Below are positions 34,319 to 43,520 of a stretch of 43,520 bases of DNA, piece after piece. The notes beneath the pieces are model-generated. The model saw only the letters and a program-made list of their open reading frames with translations, was not told the DNA's origin and searched no databases. Location: contig NC_057711.1 of NCBI RefSeq assembly GCF_004010195.1, positions 80,404,180 to 80,447,699 on the forward strand, read 5' to 3'. This DNA is from Chiloscyllium plagiosum. Its lineage: Eukaryota. Each line of letters opens with the position of its first letter. The stretch's first letter is position 1. The position numbers were made by a program, and so were the translations under genes.

Positions 34319-35350
34319 TCTATATATACTTCAGAAAGGCATTCGAAAAGGTTCCTCATGGTAGACTGGTTTGCAAGGTTAGATCTCATGGAATACAGGG
34401 AGAACTAGCCACTTGGACACATTTGGTGGTGGTGGAGGGTTGCTTTTCAAACGGGAGGTCTGTAACCAGTGGAGTGCCACAAGGATCAGTGCTGAGTCCA
34501 CTACTTTTTGTCATGTATATAAATGATTTGGATATGAAGATAGGAGGTACAGTTAGTAAGTTTGCATATGACACCAAAATTGGAGGTGTTGTGGACAGTG
34601 AAGGAGGTTATTTCAGCATACAATGGGATCTTGATCAGATGGGCTAATGGGCTGAGAAGTGGCAGATGGAATTTAACTTAGATAAATGTGAGGTGCTGCA
34701 TGTTGAAAAGGCCAATCAGGACAGGACTTATACACTTAATGGTAATGTCCTGGGAAGTACTACTGAACAAAAAGACCTTGGAGTGCAAGTTCAAAGTTCC
34801 TTGAAAGTGGAGTCACCTTTATTGTTGCGTTCACCTTTATTGGTCAGTCCATTGAGTACAGGAGTTGGGTGGTCATGTTGCAAATGTACAGGACATTGGT
34901 TAGGCCATTTCTGGAAAATTTCATGCAATATTGGTCTCCCTGCTATAGGAAGGATGTTGTGAAACCTGAAAGGTTCAGATAAGATTTACAACAATGTTTT
35001 CAGGGTTAGAGTGTTTGAACTATAGGCAGAGGCTGAATAGACTGGGGCAATTTTCCCTGGAGCATTGTGGGATGAGGGGTGACCTAATACAGGTTAATTA
35101 AAGTATGTGGAGCATGGATAAGGTAAATTAAATGACAGTGATTTTTCCCCAGACTCCAAAATCTGAGGGCATAGGTTTAAGGTGAGAGGGGAAAGACTGA
35201 AAATGGATCTAAGGGACAAATGTTTCGCACAGAGGATGGTGCTTGTATGGAATGGGCTGCCAGAGGAAGTGGTGGAGATTGGTACAATTCAGCATGGACA
35301 AGTTAGACTGAAAAGTCTGTTTCTGCTATATATCTCTAGGACTTTATAAC
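34319..35350 (+). mobile_element. CR1/HER1 LINE 3' portion
   Basis: [23 protein letters not shown]...SKFAYDTKIGG. Confidence 0.92.
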
Positions 35351-35439
35351 TCAGAGCTCACCCTCATTCTGCCACCTGGCATCCTAAAGCAGCTGCAGAT
35401 GCCGTGACCTCAAGACTCCTTGTTTACAACCCCTCCTCA

Positions 35440-35531
35440 CTACCTTCATCTCAACCTTCCTTTTCTACATTCCTGGTCTAGACACCCAAGAACTACCATC
35501 ATCATTATTATCATGAATTTGACTGATTAAC
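35440..35531 (-). pseudogene. Pseudo-exon following the K|G junction of DUF3715
   Basis: Polypyrimidine acceptor at 35532-35543, then LISQIHDN...LDQEC; compare GKIKSIYD...LDPTPKHEC. Confidence 0.4.
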
Positions 35532-35627
35532 CTGAAAAAAAAATTAATGTTATTTATTTGGAGTGTCCATGCATCTTCCACCAATGTTACAGTAAACAAG
35601 CAGGAGAAGCCCATAGAAGGTCAAATC

Positions 35628-35720
35628 CTTGACTAAGGAATAATAGAAAACAATATGGAGGCATCCTGTATTAAAGCATTGGCACTGCCTGGATTAGGTC
35701 ATTGTTTGGATCAAAAATCA
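35628..35720 (-). pseudogene. Pseudo-exon: DUF3715/pseudo-PARP core
   Basis: DLIQAVPM, then a frameshift, then NTGCLHIVFYYSLVK; compare TASOR DLLQANPLDTGAMGDVVIFKIMK. Donor is degenerate (AAG|gatttg). A ~95-bp intron follows and ends in a strong acceptor, tttttttttcag. Confidence 0.65.
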
Positions 35721-36656
35721 AAGTTATATTTATATCTCTCAATCTGTGTGAGGCACTGATGCTTGCTGGGTTAACTATTAATTAGTGGATCTGTGATGAA
35801 CATCCATCCAGCACCAAGACATTGCATGTCCATAAATCCAAAAGGAAGTAAATCAACTCTAATGCAGCCCAACTGAAGAGAGAAATTCCAAGTGCAGGCT
35901 CACAACCAACCTTGAAAATCCTCATACCCCCACCTCCTTTTCAGAACAGTGGTACCAAATAAACTAGGTTCATTTGCCCAGATCATTGGTTTGAGCATTA
36001 TCATCACAGGGCTAATTTGATGAAAATTAATCTGTAATATGTGATCTCCTGGAATGAGAACCAGCAGCCTTAATTGTCTGGCAGAGCAATGCAAACTTGC
36101 AGTCAAGAAGGCAGCCCAAGGCTGATGGCCAAGGATAAACCTGAAAGATGAAAGGCATACATTCCATAGGAATAAATGCCTGAAAGATCTAACAAAATGC
36201 TGACCATTCTGACACACAAAACATTTTCAAGTTACCTTGGTCATTTATAGACGAAAGTCAAATAGACCAAATCCACTTGCTGACAATAAGATGTTGCTAT
36301 TCTTAAGGATGACAATGCTATCCATCAACATTGGGACGAATCTTTTTAACAACCCCTGAACTGTAAATCCACAGTGGTCCTAATGTTGTGTCTCTAACAG
36401 TATTCTAGCAAACCTGACGGGCTTTTGCTGACACCAAGAAGCCACGCACATGAATTTGCTAGAGGGTATATCCCAATAATTCAGGAATGTGAAAATTCCA
36501 ACCATCTTCAAGGAAGGAGATAAATAATGCTGTGGGAACAATCAAGACATATCCCTCTTGTCCATAGAATGGAAATTTCTGACATGCATTATCCTGAATT
36601 ATGTACTTTCCTCCAAGAAAATCCTCCCAGAGACACAGTGGGACCTGGGACTTTAT

Positions 36657-36751
36657 AGGAAAATATTGTGGATGCCGGAGATCTGAAACAAACAAGAGAA
36701 TGCTGGAAAAACTCAGCAGATCTGGCAACCTCTGAGTTGTGAGAAACCGAG
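36657..36751 (-). mobile_element. Terminal fragment of another PLE-like repeat (family D)
   Basis: gatgccggagatctgaaaca..tgctggaaaaactcagcagatctggca is related to the family A end; reverse copy at 38950-39033. Confidence 0.6.
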
Positions 36752-37067
36752 ATTTCTCAAAATCCAAGAAAAACATTGAGGACGACACCAGGCACTCTTC
36801 ATTCATTTGACTCAATAAATCACAGTGCTCTGTTGAACCTGCTCCAAATCTCTGGATAACCAAGATTCTTGATCACAATCTGGTGGCTGGGAAAAACTCA
36901 GCAGATCTGGCAACCTCTGAGTTGTGAGAAACCGAGATTTCTCAAAATCCAAGAAAAACATTGAGGACAACACCAGGCACTCTTCATTCATTTGACTCAA
37001 TAAATCACAGTTGAATCTGCTCCAAATCTCTGGATAACCAAGATTCTTGATCACAATCTGGTGGCTG
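36702..37067 (+). repeat. ~184-bp tandem duplication
   Basis: 36702-36885 versus 36886-37067: a few substitutions, one 6-bp indel, gctg microhomology. Confidence 0.92.
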
Positions 37068-37524
37068 CTGCATGATGATAAGACTTCAACTGGCTTATAT
37101 AGGAGATCTTAAAATGGGTGTCTTCAAAATCTGGACTGGATCAACAAAGCTGTGAGATATCCCCCAGACCGTTTACAATATACCTTCCTCAAAGATTCAA
37201 CTCTTCAAAGATCAACTGCCATCAGTATCAAGATTGCATTTCTAGATGGAGAGCTCTTTAGCCTCGCTCACATCCACCCCAAAACTAATCTGGCCATCAA
37301 AGACATACATGATCTACTCTCCTGCAAATGATGAAAGTGCTATTACCATTCACAACCTGTTCAATTTTGCATATGGGTTATTTGAATGACACCAGAATAA
37401 AAGTCACATCAACTCAGAACTTTGGTCAATTATTGCACTTGGCACATAAGTTGAAGGAAAAGCTCTGAAATACATTAAGCACTTCCCACACCTTCCCAAG
37501 CCACCTCTCTCAAAATACAATCTG

Positions 37525-37895
37525 TAATGTCAGCAAGTAATGGAATGGGTCATCAACAGTGCTATCCATGGCATTGCTCAGCAATAACCTGCTAACTGAT
37601 GCTCAGTTTCATTTCTGCCAGTGCCACTCAGCTTCTGACCTCATTGCAGCCTTGATCCAAATACAGCCAAAAGACCTGAACCCTATAGGCAAGGACAGAA
37701 TGAATGCTCTTAAGACCAAGGCAGCATTTCATCGAATGTAGCACGCGGGAATCTTGGCAAAACTGCAGTCAATAGGATGGGGGTAAATTCTTCAATGGTT
37801 AAAGACAGACAAGCACAATGGGAAATGGTTGTGGTTTCTGGAAGGCAATCATTTCAGTATCAGAACATTTGTGTAGGAGATCCTAAGAGTAGTCA
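37525..37895 (+). mobile_element. CR1-like RT fragment (second family)
   Basis: LLSNNLLTDAQFHFCQCHSASDLI..KAAFHRM. Confidence 0.7.
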
Positions 37896-37911
37896 CTGGC
37901 GCACAGCTATC

Positions 37912-38268
37912 TGGGGAGAGGTGAGGTTGATGCACTGGTATTGTTACTGGTTAGTGATCCAGAGACCTAGGCTCTTGTGTTATAGACATGGATTCAAATC
38001 CCAATGAGACAGATGGTAAAATCTGAATTCACTGAAATCTGGAATTAAAAGATAGCTTAATGAAGAATACAAACATTATCATCCGCTTCACTATTGTCCT
38101 TTAGAGCAGGAAACCAGACCTGATCTAGATCTGACTCGAGATCCCTGGGAATGTGATTGACTCTTAATGCATCTGAAATGGTCTCAAGAGCTAATCAGTT
38201 CAAGGGCAATTACAGATGGGTGAAGTTCTGGCCTTGCCATTGACACCCATGAAAGAATAAAATAAAAC
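37912..38268 (+). mobile_element. Deu-domain SINE (SacSINE1-like)
   Basis: tRNA-like head (ggattcaaatccca); ttcacta.tgtcctttag..aggaaa...tgtgattgactcttaa..ctgaaatgg; CR1-like tail and A-rich end. Confidence 0.7.
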
Positions 38269-38949
38269 CATATGTGTCAGCCCTACTGACAACGAGTTAT
38301 TGCTGATGGGACACAGTTGAGGATGTCAATGGGACAATATACAAAAGAGTACTGAAAGCCCTTTATTCAGATGTTTGGTGCTTTAGCAGGCATTTCATGA
38401 AGCTTTGAGGAGTCCAGATTCCCATTGGACAAAGGGTTTCACACAGAGCTTCAAACTCATCTAGTGTGAAAGCATTGTCTAACTGCAAGAAAACGCTTCA
38501 CAAACTCAGTAATGTCATGCAGCATTTAATATCTCAGGTTCCATAACTGCACAAGCAGAAACTAAAGTCTTAGTACAGCAGTGGAGTCTCAGACTGAAGT
38601 CTTCAGACCCATGTTTGTTGCAATGCAAGCGCAACTTGGTGCCATATACAAGTTCAGAGCACATGGCTGCAGATTCCAGTGTTTAAAGGGTCTGCCAGGC
38701 AGTCACAGCAATTCAGCATTCTGAGTTACAACAAATTACTAGAATTGAAAATGTTCTGCCCCATGTGAACAGTTGTGTTCCGTGGCAAACTAAATCTGCA
38801 TCCTATCTCAAGATGACCGCATCTTTGCATCCATTACTATTGGTAAAACTGATCGCAGCCTGCCAGCTGACACCCTTGCCAATGCTAGTGCAGTTTGAAG
38901 CCAAGCCTCCAAAGACCCAGACCTGCTTGGCAGCATCAAGCAGGTTTAA

Positions 38950-39033
38950 TGTTAATTCTGTTTAACTCTCCACAAATGCTGCCAGACCCACTGAGTTTCT
39001 CCAGCAATTTCTGTTTTTGTTTGTTTCGGATCT
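38950..39033 (+). mobile_element. PLE-like terminal fragment (family D)
   Basis: tctccacaaatgctgccagacccactgagtttctccagcaatttctgtttttg. Confidence 0.6.
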
Positions 39034-39544
39034 TTAACACTTGTTTGTTTTATTAAACTGCTGCATTCCCCACTGAATGTTAACAGCATTACTTTGATTC
39101 TTCTTTGTGGAGGTAGAGCGGTATTTTCATCTGTCTCATACCAGCAAGCTGTATGCAAAGTCCTAGCTAAAACATAACTTGCCTTTCACCAGGGGTAAGG
39201 AGTGGTTAAGAATAGAGTTGCTATGGGGTTTGAACCTACATCCACAGAGCATTAGCTAAGACTTCGGGATTGCTGATGACTTTACCACCACATCACTTTT
39301 TTTTTTTCAAAATACTAGTCAGGCTGCTGTGCTCCTGAAAATAATGAGTGCAGCACATATGGCATGCTCACATTCTCCCACAAGCCAGTTGGGCAAAGAG
39401 ATCATATTCCTCTGACTTACAACTAGGTTTGAAGACCAACTTCAGAGGACATTCTGGAATACTTTTTTATTCGTCCATGAGATGAGTGCTTGGCTCACTA
39501 GACCAGCATTTATTACCTATGCCTAATTGTCCTTGAGACAATTA

Positions 39545-39725
39545 TACTCTCCATAATCAAATGATTTGCAGTATAGATCTTCCATGCAATAATAGATAAT
39601 TCAACTTGATTTGTATTCATAAAATGAACTAATGAGTTTTTTAGGCCAATGCATTTTTCTTTTGTGCTGTCCCACTCCAATAGCCACAGAATAAATTTTA
39701 TGTTGGTAGGTATAGCTAAGGACAA
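39545..39725 (-). pseudogene. Possible pseudo-exon: N-terminal part of the DUF3715/pseudo-PARP region
   Basis: LLEWDSTKEK...LKNSLVHFMNTNQVE versus remembered TASOR LLEKEFTEKR...LSESYAFLMVDRYQVQ. Weak match, supported mainly by its position. Confidence 0.35.
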
Positions 39726-40689
39726 TCATATCTTAGAGAAGTATGTTGTGTTGTGTCTTCCAGCTAGTACAGTGTACCTTTAAGAGACATGCTCATGACA
39801 TCATCACAGCATGATAGGGTGTAACCTGACAATATAAAGATCTCAGACTCCATCTCCATTGTGGTCAATTGAAGCATGCCATGCTGATGGAAGCAGCTTG
39901 CTGTTTATATCAGATTTGCTTAATATTAAGCCCAGACATTGATGTGCCTGTGACTGCAACAGCTGTACAAACCAGGAGCCGCAATAACCATTGATTGAAT
40001 ATTTCAGTATGATATTATCCATAGCTAACTCTAATGTTGTGAGAGCTAACATAATTATTGCCTTAAGGTGCAAAGACCTTGCTAGAGGCAAAAGTCCACA
40101 CCACAGTGGCAGATCACTGTGCAGCCCCATATTTTCCCATGGCATACTTGATTTTCATTTGAAATGTTTAAAGTGGTTGGGATACATTCCATCAAATGTT
40201 ATGGTAGACTTCTGGTGCAGATAGGTTTGGAACTCAGCATTCACATACTCCACAGCATTAGTTGTCAAATGAGAATCTCATAACTGCCAGGTAATCAAAC
40301 CACTATTTGAAACAAGCATTAGATTGATGACTAGAATGATAATGACTACATTAGGACCCCAGACCCATGCTCTATTGTTTTCCATTGTCTTGTGTCTATG
40401 GATGCCCAACTATTGGTCCTTGAAGGAAACGCACGAGACTACTGAAAAACAGTATTTAGTTTTACTTTTTGTAGTGTCAGAAGGAGCATGAGTTAGATTC
40501 TTTCCCTTAAATCACCACCCCTTGCATAAATCCCACTCCTCCTCCCAGGAATTAGTAGAGGGTCAGCACTTCAGTGGTAAAGATGCTTGGACTGATCAGT
40601 AGCATTAAGACACCCAGTAATCATTCATAACTTGTGGCTTTATGTAAATGAGGTCCAACACCCAATCTCTAGCTAACATGGAATTAGAT

Positions 40690-42800
40690 AGGAACATGTA
40701 GGCGTTGATTGGAGCATTTTGTTGGCAGGCAAAGGGAGGCCTTTAAAAGTGAGATAGCTATAGTTTAAGGTTTAAATGTTCCTGTGAGGGTGAAGGGCAA
40801 GGTTGGCAGAAATAAGGAACCCAGATGGCAAGAGATATTAAGGCTTTGACCAGAAAAAAAGGAGGTGTGGCTCAGGTACAGGCAGCTGGGATCAGGGAAT
40901 CCCTGGAGGTATACAGGGAAAACAGGAATTTACTGAAGAAGGAAATCAGGAAGGTGAAAAAAGGGCATGAGATAGCCTTGGCTGAGAAGATTGGGGTGAA
41001 TCCAAAGAGGAGCTTTAAGTATATTAAAAGAAAAATAATGACTAGAGAGAGAATAGAGCCCCTCAAGGACCAAAGTGGACATGTATGTGTGGAACTGCAG
41101 GAGATGGGTAAGGTTCTCAAGTTCCCAATAAATATTTCTCCTCTGTGTTTACCATGGAGAAAGAAATGAAGACTTGGGGAAGTTAGTGGTGATTTCTTGG
41201 GGACAGTCCCTATCACTGTAGAGAAGGTGTTGGAAGTATTAGAATGTATGAAGGTGGATAAATCTTCTGGTCCTGGCCAGATATATCCAAAAACACTATA
41301 AGACGCTCGAGAAGAAATTACAAGGACCTTGGCTGATATTTTCCAGACTTCGTTAGTCACAGGGTGAGGTCCTGGAAGACTGGAAGGTGGCAAATGTTGT
41401 GCCATTATTCAAGAAGGGCTGCAAAGAAAAACAGGGGACTGTAGACCAGTAAGCTTAACATCTGTAGTGAGTAAGTTATTTGAGAAGATTCTGAGGGATG
41501 AGATATGCATTTGGAAAGACAGGGTTTGATTAGGAGTAGTCAGCTTGACTTTGTGAGTGGGAGATCACACCTCACAAATTTTTTGGACTTCTTTGATGAA
41601 GTGACCAGGAAGGCAGGGTGATAGACGTGGAATGTATGGATTTCAGTAAGGTCTTTGAAAAGGTTTCACATGGTTGGCTGCTCTGGAAGGTTAGATCACA
41701 TGAAATCCAGGGCGAGCTGGCAAATTGATGATAGGAAGTAAAGGGTAATAGTGAAAGGATACTCGTCTGACTGGAGGCCTGTGACTAGTGGAGTGACTCA
41801 GGGACTGATTCTGGGCTCATTACTGTTTGTTATCTATAGCAATGCTTTGGATGAGAATGTACAAGGCATGATTAGTAAGTTTGCAGATGACACTGAAATA
41901 TGTTATATCATGGACAATGAGGAAAGTTATCAGAAATTGCAACAGGACCTAGATTAGCTGGGGAAGTGGACCGAGAAAATACAAATAGAGTTTAATATAG
42001 ATAAGGGTGAGGTATTGCATTTTGGAAAGTCAAGTCAAGGCAGGAGTTTCATGGTGAATGGTCGGGCTTAGGAAATGTAGTGGAACAGAGGAACCTTGGA
42101 GTTCACACTTCTCTGAAAGTGGAGTCACAGGTAGACAGAGCAGTGAAGAAGGCTTTTGGCACACTGGCCTTCATCAGTCAGGACACTGAGTATAGAAGTT
42201 GGGAAGTTGTGTTTCAGTTATACAGGACATTCATGAGACCGCATCTGGAGGACTGTGTTCAGTTTTAGTCACCCTGTTATATGAAGAATGTTATTAAATT
42301 GGAAAGAGTGCAGAAGAAATTTACAAAGATGTTGCCTGGACTCAAGGGACTGAGTTATAAGGAGGGGTTGGACAAGGTGGGACTTTTTTGTTTAGAGCGT
42401 AGGAGAGTGAGGCGGGGGGAGGAGTGCTTATAGAGGTGTAAAAGATCATGAGAGGCATGGATAGGATGAATGCACTCAGTCTTTTTGTCGGGGTTGGGGA
42501 ATTGAGCACTAGAGGACATCAGTTTAAGATTAGAGGAGAAAGAATAAAAAGGAATGTGTAGGATAACATTTTTTACGCAGTGGGTGGTGCACATATGGAA
42601 TAAACTGCCAGCAGAAGTGGTTCAGGCGGGTACATTAACAACATCTAAAAGACATTTGGACAAATACATGGATAGGAAAGGTTTAGAAGGATATGGCCAA
42701 GTGCAGGGAAATGGGGTGAGTGTGGACAGACATTTTGGTCGGTATGGACCAGTTTGGGCCAAAAAGCCCGTCTCCATGCTGTAGGAATCTCTGACTCTAT
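40690..42800 (+). mobile_element. CR1/HER1 LINE, ~2.1 kb of disrupted ORF2 plus 3' UTR
   Basis: NPKRSFKYIK, DKSSGPGQI, RPVSLTSVV, SKFADDT, RPHLEDCVQF; frameshifted. Confidence 0.95.
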
Positions 42801-42897
42801 ATTCCACGGTGCATTCTTCTGCAATAACCATTCTTATTATTTTCAAATTTTTGGCCTTGCGTCAGTACTAAATAACATTAAAAAAAACCTTTCTGTA

Positions 42898-43520
42898 CAT
42901 AGAACATAGAACATAGAAACATACAGCGCGGTACAGGCCCTTTGGCCCTCGGTGTTGCGCCGATCCAAGACCACCTAACCTACACTAGCCCACTATCCTC
43001 CATATGCCTATCCAATGCCCGTTTAAATGCCCATAAAGAGGGAGAGTCCACCACTGCTACTGGCAGGGCATTCCATGAACTCACGACTCGCTGAGTAAAG
43101 AATCTACCCCTAACATCTGTCCTGTACCTACCACCCCTTAATTTAAAGCTATGCCCCCCCGTAATAGCTGACTCCATACGTGGAAAAAGGTTCTCATGGT
43201 CAACCCTATCCAAACCCCTAATCATCTTGTACACCTCTATCAAGTCACCCCTAAACCTTCTTTTCCCCAATGAAAACAGCCCCAAGTGCCTCAGCCTTTC
43301 CTCATACGATCTTCCTACCATACCAGGAAACATCCTAGTAAACCTCCTCTGCACCCGTTCCAGTGCCTCCACATCCTTCCTATAATATGACGACCAAAAC
43401 TGCACACAATACTCCAGATGCGGCCGCACCAGAGTCCTATACAACTGCAACATGACCACAATACTCCGGAACTCAATGCCTCTACCAATAAAAGCCAGTA
43501 CGCCATATACCTTCTTCACC
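42898..43520 (-). mobile_element. Young CR1/HER1 LINE 3' end with an open ORF2 C-terminus, continuing beyond the window
   Basis: 179-aa uninterrupted ORF, LVRPHLEYCVQFWS...FFTQRVVSSWNALP; (agaacat)n tail; CpGs retained. Confidence 0.96.

Larger units (their letters stand above)
35830..37520 (+). mobile_element. Degenerate RTE-clade LINE
   Basis: FDEN, QHWDESF, TIFKEGDK*CCGNNQDISLLS, LPETQ, and KHFPHL near the end. Confidence 0.65.
2660..39725 (-). pseudogene. Decayed, intron-containing TASOR/TASOR2 (FAM208)-family pseudogene, fragmented by retroelement insertions
   Basis: Manual translation of non-repeat DNA gives collinear peptides resembling remembered human TASOR/TASOR2. Examples: DLIQAVPM (35677-35700; TASOR DLLQANPL), TLAPGQFL..C..LSIRSS (TLWSGQLL..C.ISLRSA), LNMETV (LDVETV), VILVKPFG...FREYIITSFK (LVLVKPLG...FQEPRSIVTSQK), YIQ...FC*EVE (FYI...LCKEIK), IL*HENF...VEEIPYLV (IIRNEDI...HQIPSLL). 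Splice-site remnants flank several pieces. Many stops and frameshifts. The paralogue cannot be assigned by eye. Confidence 0.72.

Noticed and set aside
39745..40560. Possible solo LTR or LTR-element remnant
   Set aside because: No paired LTR, TSD or clear protein motif could be established by eye.
1..43520. CRISPR array or prokaryotic/viral system
   Set aside because: No regularly spaced repeats, operons or viral ORFs; all repeats are eukaryotic retroelements or local duplications.

Overview
Repeat-dense vertebrate genomic DNA, almost certainly from a shark. It carries an HE1 V-SINE, HER1/CR1 LINEs, a Deu-domain SINE, RTE and Rex1/Babar LINEs, Penelope-like elements (PLEs), and Gypsy and Copia relics. 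I found no intact host gene; nearly all ORFs in the track are retroelement fragments or noise. Two things stand out. (1) The unique DNA between the repeats holds a heavily decayed, intron-containing pseudogene on the minus strand (~2.7-39.7 kb). Its fragments match, in the correct order, the pseudo-PARP (DUF3715), SPOC and C-terminal PIN-like regions of the HUSH-complex scaffolds TASOR/TASOR2. This match was made by eye against remembered human sequences and needs a tblastn check. (2) Many short PLE terminal-repeat insertions carry minimal hammerhead ribozyme motifs, mostly as palindromes of two inverted arms, three with target-site duplications (TSDs). One has instead captured an exact 124-bp copy of DNA from 3.3 kb away. 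Several other unusual integration scars are also visible. Boundaries of old repeats are approximate.
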